The notes below the pieces were generated by a model. It was not told the origin of the DNA, made no database searches, and was given only the letters and a program-made list of their open reading frames with translations. The translations under genes and the position numbers were made by a program. From an uncultured Actinomycetota bacterium (GTDB taxonomy: Bacteria; Actinomycetota; Thermoleophilia; Solirubrobacterales; Solirubrobacteraceae), in contig CAWBDE010000003.1 of the NCBI GenBank assembly GCA_963787595.1, forward strand, positions 949,622-1,013,621: 64,000 nt of DNA. The letters run 5' to 3'. Positions within the stretch are counted from its first letter, which is position 1. Each line of letters starts with the position of its first letter. This document shows positions 9,518-19,169 of this stretch, one piece after another.

Positions 9518-9630
9518 GCCCGCCCCTCCGCCAGGCGATGGCAGTCATAGCCGATCCCCGTGGTCACGCCCGCCCCTCCGCCAGGCGATGGCAGTCGTAG
9601 CCGGTCCCGGTGCTCACGCCCGCCCCTCCG
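9471..9630. repeat. Tandem repeat, 50-bp unit x 3.2, duplicating the ispD-stop/ispF-start junction
   Basis: Copies lie at 9471-9520, 9521-9570 (1 mismatch) and 9571-9620 (3 mismatches), followed by a partial 9621-9630. On the minus strand each copy carries GTGA (start overlapping stop) and encodes V(T/S)TG(I/T)GYDCHRLAEGRA. Confidence 0.95.
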
Positions 9631-10285
9631 CGAGCAGCAGCTCGGCCACCCGGAGATCGTTGGGGGTGGTGATCTTCATGTTCGCGGGATCGCTGCCGAT
9701 CACGCGAACGACGCCGCCGCTGCGCTCCACCAGCCAGGCGTCATCCGTCGCGGTTCCCAGTTCGTCGTCCGAGGCCTCGGCGAGCGCTCGCGCCAGCGCG
9801 TGCCGGCGAAACACCTGAGGTGTCTGCACCGCCCACAGCCGAGCCCGCGCGAGGGTGCGACACACGGTGGCCCCGTCCTCCCCGACCTCCTTGATGGTGT
9901 CGGCCACCGGGGTTGCCGCGATCACCGCGTCAGCCTCCTCGTGGCGCTCAAGCTCTCGGATCGCCTGCGCAAAGAGCTCCGGCGTCGCCAGCGGCCGGGC
10001 GGCATCGTGGACGATCACCGGGTCCCCGGACGGGCAAGCGGCCAGCGCGTTGCGAACCGAATGGGAGCGCTGAGTCCCGCCGGCGATGGCCAGGGTTCCG
10101 TCGGGTGCCGCGTCCAGTTGGTCGGCGGGCAGCGCGACCACGATCGTGCTCACCTCCGGCACGACCCGCAGCGAAGCGATGCTGTACTCCAGCATCGGCC
10201 GCCCGCAAAGCGGGACGAGCGCCTTGGGGCGGCTGAACCCAAGGCGCTCGCCTCGTCCCGCGGCCACGATCAACGCGACCGCCAT
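9614..10285 (-). CDS. ispD: 2-C-methyl-D-erythritol 4-phosphate cytidylyltransferase
   Basis: The N-terminus is AVALIVAAGRGERLG, and VIVHDAARP and TDDA motifs are present. It is immediately upstream of ispF. Confidence 0.95.
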   Translation of the reverse strand: MAVALIVAAGRGERLGFSRPKALVPLCGRPMLEYSIASLRVVPEVSTIVVALPADQLDAAPDGTLAIAGGTQRSHSVRNALAACPSGDPVIVHDAARPLATPELFAQAIRELERHEEADAVIAATPVADTIKEVGEDGATVCRTLARARLWAVQTPQVFRRHALARALAEASDDELGTATDDAWLVERSGGVVRVIGSDPANMKITTPNDLRVAELLLAEGRA

Positions 10286-10298
10286 CTCACAGAGCGGG

Positions 10299-10886
10299 CT
10301 ACTCCGCGGCGACGGCCACCTTGCCGCTGCCGGTCCCGTTGCCGTTCTGCGCCGAGGGATCGGTGAGGAGTGCGTACAGGTGCTCCTCGACCTCCTGCTC
10401 GTTCATCTCCAGCGCGTACATCAGCTCGGATGCCAAGATCTTCTTGGCTCGGGTGAACATCTGCTTCTCCCCGGTGGATAGGCCCTTCTCGGCCTCTCGA
10501 ATCGCGAGATTCCGTACCACCTCGGCGAGCTCGTAGATGTCCCCGGTCTTGATCTTGTCCCGGTTGTGCTTGAACCGTCGGTTCCAGTTCTTGGGCATCT
10601 CCGAGCACTCGTCCTGGAGCACCGCGAGCACCTTCTTGACGGTTTCCTCGTCGATCACGCGCCGCAGCCCAGCCAGTGCGGCGTTCTCGGTCGGGACCAT
10701 CACCGTCATGTCGTTGTGGAGGATCTTGATCGTCAGATACTCACGACTCTCGCCGAGGACTTCCTTGACCTCCTTGCGCAGCACCTTGCCCGCCCCATGA
10801 TGCGGATAGACGACGCTGTCGCCGATCTCGAACTCGATGTTCGGCGGCGTCTCGATCGGCTCCAAGTCATCCAGGTGCTCTTCCAT
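10299..10886 (-). CDS. carD: CarD/CdnL-family RNA polymerase-binding transcription regulator
   Basis: FEIGDSVVYPHHGAGKV...EYLTIKI...MTVMVPTENA, followed by a helical C-terminal domain. It has a ~20-aa acidic N-terminal extension. Confidence 0.9.
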   Translation of the reverse strand: MEEHLDDLEPIETPPNIEFEIGDSVVYPHHGAGKVLRKEVKEVLGESREYLTIKILHNDMTVMVPTENAALAGLRRVIDEETVKKVLAVLQDECSEMPKNWNRRFKHNRDKIKTGDIYELAEVVRNLAIREAEKGLSTGEKQMFTRAKKILASELMYALEMNEQEVEEHLYALLTDPSAQNGNGTGSGKVAVAAE

Positions 10887-10951
10887 TAGCTCTGTGATGG
10901 TGTCCTCCTCTGTGAAGGCGGCGCGGGCAAACGACCCGCTCGCGGGGTTTC

Positions 10952-12067
10952 CTACGTTTGTAGGTAGCGATCAACCAGGTTGATCTCCTGCTGTCGGCGA
11001 AGGCCCTCCCGGATGTCCTTCGCCCGGATTCCGCCGACTCCATCGACGGTCTCCAGCTCGCCGTCTGACGCGGCGAGCAGTTCCTCCAGCCCTCCGAACT
11101 CTGTCACGATCCGCTGGACGACGAGTCGGGGCAGCCGAGGGATTCGTCCCAGAATGCGGAAGCCGCGCGGGGATACGGGGTAATCGAGGGTGTTGAGCTT
11201 GCGGTCATAGCCGAGCAGCTCGGCGAGCCGCCCGAAATCGAGCAAGTCCTGATGCGGAAGCCTGGCCAGCCGGTCGAGGACCACGGCAAAGCTGTCGTCG
11301 GAGTCCTCCAGCAGGTAGTCGTGGACGAGAGCCGCCTTGTCGGCGGCGACGCCCACCATGGTCTCGTCGAGCTGCATCTCGATCAGCCGCCCCTCGGTCC
11401 CGAGCTCGACGATGTAGCGCTCTATCTCTACCGCCATCCGTGTCACCAGCTCGACCCGCTGCAGAACCGTGAGCACGTCGTGCAGCGTCACCCCGCCCTC
11501 GAATTCGAGCGCCGTCAGACGGGTCGACACCTGATCGAGCCGGCTCCGATACTTGTCGAGGGTCGCCAGGCCCTGATTGGCTTTGGCGAGCACGACGGGG
11601 ATGTCCTCCAGGATGTACTTGAGCCCGTCGACATACAGGGAGACGACCTCGCGCCGCTCGGAGACGGCGACGACGATCGCGTCGGTCTGCTTGGAGACCC
11701 GCTCGGCGGTGCGATGGCGGGTACCGGTTTCCATCGTGAGGATCGTCGGGTCGGGCGTGAGCTGCACGTTGACCTGCACGATCTTGGTGGCGTTGGAGCT
11801 CAACGCGATCGCGCCGTCCATTTTCGCCAGCTCGTAGAGGAAGGCGGGCGAGTACTCGATGTCCAGCTTGATCCCGCCCGAGAACAGAAAGCTCAGCTCT
11901 TCGGCGTCACCGATCACGATCAGCGCGCCGGTGCGGGCGTCGACCACATTGTCGATGCCCTCGCGGAGCGAGGTTCCGGGCGCGACCATCTCGAGCGCCC
12001 TCATGATCCGGGACTCCTGTCGAGACTCGAGCTCGTCTTTGAGCTCTTCCCCGGAACGCGGCGGCAT
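10952..12067 (-). CDS. disA: DNA integrity scanning protein DisA (diadenylate cyclase)
   Basis: DAC domain (GTSLREGIDNVVDARTGALIVIGD, DGAI, GTRHRTAERVS) plus a C-terminal HhH region (VDGVGGIRAKDIREGL). It sits directly downstream of radA. Confidence 0.95.
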   Translation of the reverse strand: MPPRSGEELKDELESRQESRIMRALEMVAPGTSLREGIDNVVDARTGALIVIGDAEELSFLFSGGIKLDIEYSPAFLYELAKMDGAIALSSNATKIVQVNVQLTPDPTILTMETGTRHRTAERVSKQTDAIVVAVSERREVVSLYVDGLKYILEDIPVVLAKANQGLATLDKYRSRLDQVSTRLTALEFEGGVTLHDVLTVLQRVELVTRMAVEIERYIVELGTEGRLIEMQLDETMVGVAADKAALVHDYLLEDSDDSFAVVLDRLARLPHQDLLDFGRLAELLGYDRKLNTLDYPVSPRGFRILGRIPRLPRLVVQRIVTEFGGLEELLAASDGELETVDGVGGIRAKDIREGLRRQQEINLVDRYLQT

Positions 12068-12217
12068 CGGTACTCATTTTAGCCGCTGAGGGGGTGGGCG
12101 AGCCGTCTGAGGGCTTCTTCAGGCCGAACGGTCGTCCGCGCTGCGAATGCGGCGGTCGGGCCCCCACCTGTGCAGCGCCCGGCGCCGGCCTATCCGCGGC
12201 CGCCCACTCCATGCCCC

Positions 12218-13606
12218 TCAGGCGGCGGCCTGCACCACCCCCCTCTCCGGTGTCAGCGCCGCAGACAGCGCCGCCCGCAGCGTCCTCTGGGTCTCCGGCG
12301 CCACCACCGGCATCAAGCCGAACCGCTCGGCTTCGGCGAGACGGCGGTCGGCGTGAGCGACGCTGCGCAGCTCACCAGTCAGCCCGAGCTCGCCGAAGCA
12401 CGCCAGCGGCCGCTCGCCCTCGCCGGTCAGCGCCACTCGCTTGGCCGCGCTGGCCACCGCGAGCGCCACCGCCAGGTCGGCTCCCGGCTCGTCGACGCGC
12501 ACCCCGCCAACCACATTGACGAACACGTCGGCGCTCCCCAGCCCGATCCGGCCGTGGCGACCGAGCACGGCCAGCACCAAAGCCACCCGATTGCGATCGA
12601 GCCCGGCCACCACCCGTCGCGGCGGCACCAGCTCCGACGCCGTCACCAGTGCCTGAACCTCGACCAGGAGCGGCCGCGACCCCTCCATGGCGCACAGCAC
12701 AACGCTGCCCGGCGATCGCGTCGCCTCGGCGAGGAAGCGCGCCGACGCGTCGAGCACCTCCACCAGGCCCTGATCGTGCATCTCGAACACTCCGGCCTCG
12801 TTGGTCGATCCGAACCGGTTCTTGATCGCCCGGACGGTGCGGTACGTGCGCTCGCGCTCGCCCTCGAACTGGAGCACGCAGTCGACCAAGTGCTCCAGCA
12901 CCCGAGGGCCGGCGAGCGCGCCCTCCTTCGTCACGTGCCCGACGAGTAGCACGGCGATCCGGCGCTGCTTGGCCACCCGCATGATCTCGCCGGCGACCTC
13001 ACGCACCTGCGCCACCGAGCCCGCGGCGGACGAGAGGTCCACCGAGTGCAATGTCTGAACCGAGTCGATCACGCACACGTCGGGCCGCTCCGCCTCGAGC
13101 GTGGCCAGGACGGCGTGGAGGTCGGTCTCGGCGATCACCGGCACGGCCAGTGCGTCGCCGCCCCCGAGACGCTGGGCTCGCAGCCGGATCTGAGCCGCCG
13201 ACTCCTCCGCCGACACGTACAGCGTGCGGCGGCCCGAGGCGGACAGGTTCGCCAGCGCCATCGTCGTCAGCGTGGACTTGCCGATCCCGGGAGCGCCGCC
13301 GATCAGCACCAGCGATCCGGGCACGATTCCCCCGCCGAGCACGTTGTCAAGCTCGCCGATCCCGGTGCTCAGGCGATCCTGCTCGACAGCCTCGACGTCG
13401 GCCAGCGCCACCGGCGTGACCGGCGCCGCGGCACTCCGCCGTCCACCCGCGCCCGCGCCGGCGCCACCGCGCCCGGATCCGGACCCACTCACCCGCACCT
13501 GCTCCACCAGCGTGTTCCACTCGCTACAGGCGGGGCAGCGACCCGCCCAGCGTGCGGTCTCGTGGCCGCAGGCGGAGCAGACGTGGACAGAGGCGGGGCG
13601 GGGCAT
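12218..13606 (-). CDS. radA: DNA repair protein RadA/Sms
   Basis: N-terminal zinc finger (CSACGHETARWAGRCPACSEWNT), Walker A (GGAPGIGKST), the KNRFG motif (IKNRFGSTNE) and a Lon-like C-terminus. Confidence 0.95.
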   Translation of the reverse strand: MPRPASVHVCSACGHETARWAGRCPACSEWNTLVEQVRVSGSGSGRGGAGAGAGGRRSAAAPVTPVALADVEAVEQDRLSTGIGELDNVLGGGIVPGSLVLIGGAPGIGKSTLTTMALANLSASGRRTLYVSAEESAAQIRLRAQRLGGGDALAVPVIAETDLHAVLATLEAERPDVCVIDSVQTLHSVDLSSAAGSVAQVREVAGEIMRVAKQRRIAVLLVGHVTKEGALAGPRVLEHLVDCVLQFEGERERTYRTVRAIKNRFGSTNEAGVFEMHDQGLVEVLDASARFLAEATRSPGSVVLCAMEGSRPLLVEVQALVTASELVPPRRVVAGLDRNRVALVLAVLGRHGRIGLGSADVFVNVVGGVRVDEPGADLAVALAVASAAKRVALTGEGERPLACFGELGLTGELRSVAHADRRLAEAERFGLMPVVAPETQRTLRAALSAALTPERGVVQAAA

Positions 13607-13704
13607 GAGCGTGTCGTGAGAGCGTACGCGGAGGCCCCGACGCCAAGCCCGGTTGCGGGCCTGAAGTTACTGATTTGTTGCAGTGTTGACGCGCTCTCTT
13701 GACT

Positions 13705-13822
13705 CAGCGTCGGCAAACGTCCACCGCGAGCCCGCCGTGCGCGGCAGCGGACGTCTGCGTCCCCAGCGTCGGCAAACGTCCACCGCGACCTCGGAGCCGC
13801 GTGGACCCGGACGTCCGCGTCA
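13705..13822. repeat. Direct repeat, ~59-bp unit x 2, in the clpC-radA intergenic region
   Basis: cagcgtcggcaaacgtccaccgcga is identical at 13705-13729 and 13764-13788. The unit ends are also similar (gcggacgtctgcgtcc versus ccggacgtccgcgtca). Each unit carries ACGTCC ... GGACGT inverted arms. Confidence 0.75.
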
Positions 13823-13893
13823 GTCAGCCACCCGGCGGCGGCCCGCCGTGCCCGCCATCCAACAGCGTGCCGGCACGCCCACCCCGTCGGGCG

Positions 13894-16476
13894 CTAATCG
13901 GACCCGGCTTCGGACTTGCCGCCGTCGCCGTCGGGCTCGTCGGCACGCCCGTCTTCCTCGCCGCCGCCCTCGGCGCCGACCCCGACCGGAGTCGGCTTGG
14001 GCGCCGGCTCGATGACCGACAGCTTCACGTCTTCCTCCTCGGTGCCGTCGACCCCGGGCTCCACCAGGACAGTCGAGCCCGACGGCACCTGTGAGCGCAG
14101 GACGAAGTCGGCCAGCGGATCCTCGATGTAGCGCTGGATCGCGCGCCGCAGCGGCCGCGCCCCCATCGCCGGATCCCAGCCCTTTTCGACGAGCAGGTCC
14201 TTGGCCGGCTCGGATAGCTCCAGCTGCAGCTCACGCTCGGCCATCGACTCGCGGATGCGCAGCAGCAGCAGGTCGACGATCTCCTTGATCTCGTCCTTGG
14301 CCAGCTTGTGGAACACGATGACGTCGTCGATCCGGTTGAGGAACTCGGGCCGGAAGACCTTCTTGAGCTCGCCCATGATCCGGTTCTTCATGTCGTCGTA
14401 GGTGATCCCGGTCTCGTCGTCGGAGACGGCGAAGCCGAGCGGCGTGTTGCGGGCGATCTCCGAGGCGCCGATGTTCGAGGTCATGATCACGATGCAGTGA
14501 CGGAAGTCGACCGTCCGCCCCTGAGCGTCGGTGAGCCGGCCGTCCTCCAGGATCTGGAGCAGGATGTTGAACACGTCCGGGTGCGCCTTCTCGATCTCGT
14601 CGAGCAGGAGCACGCTGTAGGGCTTGCGCCGCACCGCCTCGGTGAGCTGGCCACCCTCGTCGTAGCCGATGTAGCCCGGAGGGGAACCGACCAGGCGCGA
14701 CACCGCGTGCTTCTCCATGTACTCGGACATGTCGATCCGGACCATCGTGTCCTCGTCGCCGAACAGGAACTCGGCCAGCGTCCGGGCCAGCTCGGTCTTG
14801 CCGACCCCGCTGGGTCCGAGGAAGATGAACGAGCCCGTGGGCCGTTTCGGATCCTTCAGACCGGCCCGGGAGCGGCGGATCGCCTTGGAGACGACCTCGA
14901 TCGCCGGGTGCTGCCCGATGACGCGCTTGTGCAGCTCCTCCTCCATCCGCATCAGCTTCTGGGTCTCGGCCTCGGTCAGCTTGAACACCGGGATGCCGGT
15001 CCACATCGAGACGATGTCGGCGATCTCCTCCTCGCCGATCGACGGGCGCTCGGTCGACTCGCCGGCTTCCCACTGATCGGCGAGCTCGCGCTTGCGCTGG
15101 GTCAGCCGCCGCTCCTTGTCGCGCAGGTTGGCCGCCTTCTCGAACTCCTGGGACTCGATCGCCTCCTCCTTGGCCCGCCGGGTCTCCTCGATCTCGTCCT
15201 CGAGCTCGCGGTACACCGGCGGAGAGGTCATCGACTTGATCCGCATCCGGGACGCCGCCTCATCGATGAGGTCGATCGCCTTGTCGGGGAGGAAGCGGTC
15301 GGAGATGTAGCGATCGGCGAGATCGGCGGCCGCCTCCAGCGCCTCGTCGGTGATGTTGACCTTGTGGTGCTGCTCGTAGCGGTCGCGCAGCCCCTTGAGG
15401 ATCTGCACCGTCTCCTCGGTCGAGGGCTGATCGACGGTGATCTTCTGGAAGCGGCGCTCCAGGGCGGAGTCGCGCTCCAGGTACTTGCGGTACTCCTCCA
15501 GGGTGGTGGCTCCCACCGTCTGCAGCTCGCCGCGGGCCAGCGCCGGCTTGAGGATCGAGGCCGCGTCGATGGCGCCCTCGGCGGCGCCCGCGCCGACCAG
15601 GTTGTGCAGCTCGTCGATGAACAGGATGATGTCGCCGCGCTGGGTGATCTCCTTCATCACCTTCTTGAGACGCTCCTCAAACTCTCCTCGGTACTTGGAG
15701 CCGGCGACCAGAGCGGCCAGATCCAGGGTGTAGATCTGCTTGCCCTTGAGCAGCTCGGGCACGTCGGAGTTGGTGATCCGCTGCGCCAGGCCCTCGACCA
15801 CGGCGGTCTTGCCGACGCCCGGCTCGCCCACCAGCACCGGGTTGTTCTTGGTGCGGCGCGACAGGATCTGCATGATCCGCTCGATCTCGGTCTCGCGGCC
15901 GACCACCGGGTCCAGCTTGCCTTCGGAGGCCAGCTTGGTCAGGTTACGGCCGAACTGATCCAGCAGCTTGGAGGACTTCTTGCCCTCGCCGGCGCCGGCG
16001 GCGCCCGAGCTGCTGGCGCCCGAGCCGCGCTGGCGGCTGCCGGGGCCGGACAGCATCCGGATCACCTCGTTGCGGATCTTCTCGGAGTCGGCATCGAAGT
16101 CGAGCAGGATGCGGGCGGCCACGCCCTCGTTCTCGCGGACCAGCCCGAGCAGGATGTGCTCGGTGCCGATGTAGTTGTGGCCGAGGCTCAGCGCCTCGCG
16201 CAGCGCCAGCTCCAGGACCTTCTTGGCGCGCGGCGTGAACGGGATCTGACCCGAGGTGACCTCCTCGCCCGACCCGACGATCCGCACCACCTGAGCGCGG
16301 ACGCGCTCCACCGTGATGTCGAGCGACTCGAGCACTCGAGCGGCGAGTCCCTCCTCTTCGCGCAGCAGCCCGAGCAGGATGTGCTCCGTGCCGATGTAGT
16401 TGTGCTTGAGGGTCCGGGCCTCTTCCTGCGCCAAGACGACCACTTGGCGGGCTCGCTCTGTAAATCGCTCAAACAT
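13894..16476 (-). CDS. clpC: ATP-dependent Clp protease ATP-binding subunit ClpC
   Basis: Duplicated Clp_N repeats ([18 protein letters not shown] twice), two AAA+ modules ([18 protein letters not shown]) and a UVR-like linker. It also has a ~45-aa acidic/Gly-rich C-terminal tail. Confidence 0.95.
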   Translation of the reverse strand: MFERFTERARQVVVLAQEEARTLKHNYIGTEHILLGLLREEEGLAARVLESLDITVERVRAQVVRIVGSGEEVTSGQIPFTPRAKKVLELALREALSLGHNYIGTEHILLGLVRENEGVAARILLDFDADSEKIRNEVIRMLSGPGSRQRGSGASSSGAAGAGEGKKSSKLLDQFGRNLTKLASEGKLDPVVGRETEIERIMQILSRRTKNNPVLVGEPGVGKTAVVEGLAQRITNSDVPELLKGKQIYTLDLAALVAGSKYRGEFEERLKKVMKEITQRGDIILFIDELHNLVGAGAAEGAIDAASILKPALARGELQTVGATTLEEYRKYLERDSALERRFQKITVDQPSTEETVQILKGLRDRYEQHHKVNITDEALEAAADLADRYISDRFLPDKAIDLIDEAASRMRIKSMTSPPVYRELEDEIEETRRAKEEAIESQEFEKAANLRDKERRLTQRKRELADQWEAGESTERPSIGEEEIADIVSMWTGIPVFKLTEAETQKLMRMEEELHKRVIGQHPAIEVVSKAIRRSRAGLKDPKRPTGSFIFLGPSGVGKTELARTLAEFLFGDEDTMVRIDMSEYMEKHAVSRLVGSPPGYIGYDEGGQLTEAVRRKPYSVLLLDEIEKAHPDVFNILLQILEDGRLTDAQGRTVDFRHCIVIMTSNIGASEIARNTPLGFAVSDDETGITYDDMKNRIMGELKKVFRPEFLNRIDDVIVFHKLAKDEIKEIVDLLLLRIRESMAERELQLELSEPAKDLLVEKGWDPAMGARPLRRAIQRYIEDPLADFVLRSQVPSGSTVLVEPGVDGTEEEDVKLSVIEPAPKPTPVGVGAEGGGEEDGRADEPDGDGGKSEAGSD

Positions 16477-16589
16477 GGGCTTCCTAAGTGGTTGTGGCTT
16501 ACTACTAAAAGGAAGTTGGTCGGGGTGTGGTCCTGGTCTGCGCTGAGTCTCGGCTCAAGGGACGCCGAAGAATCCGTCGCTCTCACTTT

Positions 16590-16610
16590 ATTCGGCATCT
16601 TTCGCCGAAT
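16590..16610. promoter_or_regulatory. Perfect 7-N7-7 palindrome ATTCGGC-N7-GCCGAAT in the clpC leader (candidate operator)
   Basis: Read directly, ~115-135 nt upstream of the clpC ATG in a lower-GC leader. No binding protein can be assigned from sequence alone. Confidence 0.35.
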
Positions 16611-16647
16611 GGATGAGCGCAACGGTCCTTTTCTTCGGAGCCATGCC

Positions 16648-17685
16648 TCAGTCTAACAGCCGGTTTTGCGTACTCCCGCCGGGCCAGGCCCCGTCCCGTG
16701 CGGGGTTGGGGACCGCGTTCACGGGCCGGTTGCCGCCGTCCGGATCGGCGTTTTGCCTGCTCCCGACGTGGTTGCGGACGGGTCGCCGCGGGGCGAGTGC
16801 GCGCCGCGGGCGAGCTCCCGGAGGCACCCGGCCCCCGGTTGCCAGCCAGGACCCGGCGAGGATCAGCAGCAGCCCGGCGATCGCGCCCGAGCCCGGCCGT
16901 TCGCCGAGCAGCGTGACCCCGAGCGCCACCGCCACCAGCGGGTTGACGTAGGTGATCACCGTCGCCCGGCTGGTCCCTGCCTCGCGGATCAGGACCGTGA
17001 ACACGACGAACGCCAGCGCCGTGCAGAACAGGCCGAGCGCCGCCACCGCCGCCCACGCGCCCGCCGTGGGCGTACGGCTGGGCGTGTCTACGGCCGCGAC
17101 CGGGGCCAGGATCACCGCCGCAACCGACAGGCTCGCGCCCATCAGGGCCCGCGGATCGAGGCCGCCCATCCGATGCTTGACCAGCATCGGCCCGATCGAA
17201 TAGCCGACCGCGGCGACCAGGATCGCGACGGCCCCGAGCAGTTCGGCCCCGTTGCCGGAGGCGTCGAGCCCGACGAGCGCGATCACCCCGGCGAAGCCGA
17301 TCACCAGACCGACCGCCCGCCGGCGCGTCGGGCGCTCGGAGTGGTCGAAGCGCAGCGCCAGCACGGCTCCGATCAACGGCACCGCGGCGATGATGATCGC
17401 CGCCAACGACGACGCGACATGAACCTCACCGGCGGCGATCAGCGGGAACGGGATCGAGATCTCGGCCACGGCGTAGGCGACGATCCACCGCCATCGTCCG
17501 CCGAGCGCTCCGAGCGCGCCGGCGCGCCACGCCAGGACGACCAGCAGCGACGCCGCAATCGCCACCCGCAGCCAGGCGACGTCGGGTGCGGGCAGGCCGC
17601 CGTCGACGGCGATCTTGATCAGCAGGTAGGAGACGCCCCACAGCAGCGACATCGCGGCGAACGCCGCCCAGGCACGCCGCGTCAT
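16648..17685 (-). CDS. EamA/DMT-family transporter
   Basis: ~10 predicted TM helices, an N-terminal LLWGVSYLLIK signature and two EamA-like halves. It has a basic, Pro-rich C-terminal tail. Its ATG overlaps the lysS stop (ATGA). Confidence 0.85.
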   Translation of the reverse strand: MTRRAWAAFAAMSLLWGVSYLLIKIAVDGGLPAPDVAWLRVAIAASLLVVLAWRAGALGALGGRWRWIVAYAVAEISIPFPLIAAGEVHVASSLAAIIIAAVPLIGAVLALRFDHSERPTRRRAVGLVIGFAGVIALVGLDASGNGAELLGAVAILVAAVGYSIGPMLVKHRMGGLDPRALMGASLSVAAVILAPVAAVDTPSRTPTAGAWAAVAALGLFCTALAFVVFTVLIREAGTSRATVITYVNPLVAVALGVTLLGERPGSGAIAGLLLILAGSWLATGGRVPPGARPRRALAPRRPVRNHVGSRQNADPDGGNRPVNAVPNPARDGAWPGGSTQNRLLD

Positions 17686-19142
17686 GTCCGTAACGCGGGG
17701 AAGAGCACGACCTCGCGGATCGATCGGCTGCCGGTCATCAGCATGACCAGGCGGTCGATCCCGATCCCGATCCCGCCGGTCGGCGGCATGCCGTGCTCCA
17801 GGGCCTCGACGAAGGCCTCGTCGTAGGGCTGGGCCTCCGCGTCGCCGGCGGCGGCGAACCGCTGCTGGCTCTCGAACCGGCGGCGCTGCTCATCGGGGTC
17901 GTTGAGCTCGGTGAAGGCGTTCGCGATCTCCATCCCGCCGACGAACGCCTCGAAGCGCTCCACCAGATCGGGCGACTCGCGATGGCGCTTGGCCAGCGGC
18001 GAGATCGCCACCGGGTAGTCGAGCAGGAAGGTGGGCTGCTGCAAGCTCGGCTCGACGTGCTTGGACACCAGCTCGTCCACGAGCTGTGGCCAGGTGTCGC
18101 CCTCGGGGACCTTCAGGCCGCGCTCGCGCATCGCCGCGGCCAGCGCGTCGCGGTCATGGTGACGCAGGATGTCGACGCCGGTGCGCTGCCGGATCGCGCC
18201 CGCCAGCGTCTCCCGGTCCCACGGCGGCTTGAAATCGATGTCCCCCTCGTAGCCGACGGCCTGCGCGACCGCATATACGAGCCGCTCGCAACGTCGCGCG
18301 ACGTCCAGGTAGTCGGCGTAGGCCTCGTAGAACTCGAGCACCGTGAACTCCGGATTGTGGGTCGTGTCGACCCCCTCGTTGCGGAAGTCCTTGCCCAGCT
18401 CGTAGACACGCTCCAGCCCGCCGACGATCAGGCGCTTGAGGTACAGCTCGGTGGCGATCCGCAGGTACAGGTCTCGGTCCAAGGCGTTGTGATGAGTGGT
18501 GAACGGCCGCGCCATCGCCCCGCCGTAGAGGGGCTGCAGCACCGGCGTCTCGACCTCGATGAAGCCCTCGTCGTCGAGGAACCGGCGCACCGCGGTGATC
18601 ACCTTGGCGCGGATGGTGAACAGCTGACGCGCCTCCGGGCTGGCGATCAGGTCCAGCTCACGATGGCGAAACCGCGTCTCGACGTCGGTCAGGCCGTGAT
18701 GCTTGTCCGGTGGGGGGCGCAGCGACTTGGCGAGCAGCGTAAAGCCGTCGATGCGCAGCGTCAGCTCGCCGCGGCGGGAGCGGAACGCGGCGCCATCGAC
18801 GCCGACCAGGTCCCCGAGGTCCAGCGACAGCAGCTGCTCCATCGGCTCGGCGCCGAGCACGTCGACCCGGGCCTGCAGCTGGATCCGGCCCGACCGGTCC
18901 TCCAGATCCAGGAACGCCATCTTTCCCTGACCCCGACGCGCCGCCAGCCGCCCGGCGACGCGGTGGAAGACGTCGCTCTCCTCGCCGACGGCCAGATCCT
19001 CGTGGGCCACCCGCACGTTCGCGATCGGCTCCACCCCAGCAAACGCGTGCGGGAACGGGTCGACGCCCTGGCCCCGCAGCGACTCCAGCTTGCGCCGGCG
19101 ATCGGCGAGAACGTCCGAGGCGCCTTCGGGCTGATCGGCCAC
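17682..19142 (-). CDS. lysS: Lysine--tRNA ligase (class II)
   Basis: OB-fold N-domain (VAGRL...GKMAFLDLEDRSGRIQL) and class II motifs (FRNEG, EFTVLEFYEAYADY, GGIGIGIDRLVML). Confidence 0.95.
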   Translation of the reverse strand: MADQPEGASDVLADRRRKLESLRGQGVDPFPHAFAGVEPIANVRVAHEDLAVGEESDVFHRVAGRLAARRGQGKMAFLDLEDRSGRIQLQARVDVLGAEPMEQLLSLDLGDLVGVDGAAFRSRRGELTLRIDGFTLLAKSLRPPPDKHHGLTDVETRFRHRELDLIASPEARQLFTIRAKVITAVRRFLDDEGFIEVETPVLQPLYGGAMARPFTTHHNALDRDLYLRIATELYLKRLIVGGLERVYELGKDFRNEGVDTTHNPEFTVLEFYEAYADYLDVARRCERLVYAVAQAVGYEGDIDFKPPWDRETLAGAIRQRTGVDILRHHDRDALAAAMRERGLKVPEGDTWPQLVDELVSKHVEPSLQQPTFLLDYPVAISPLAKRHRESPDLVERFEAFVGGMEIANAFTELNDPDEQRRRFESQQRFAAAGDAEAQPYDEAFVEALEHGMPPTGGIGIGIDRLVMLMTGSRSIREVVLFPALRT

Positions 19143-19169
19143 GGGGACCCGGCGGCGGCGGCGCGCTGG

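Noticed and set aside
14308-16656. 782-aa plus-strand ORF antisense to clpC. Similar long antisense ORFs are 17793..19517 (opposite lysS), 42504..43913, 35004..37085, 55874..57355, 59512..61275, 29340..31100 and 63033..63995.
   Set aside because: Their translations are low-complexity and rich in Arg/Gly/Asp/His/Leu, with no motifs. Each lies exactly opposite a gene with strong family signatures. Stop-codon-poor antisense frames are expected at this GC content.
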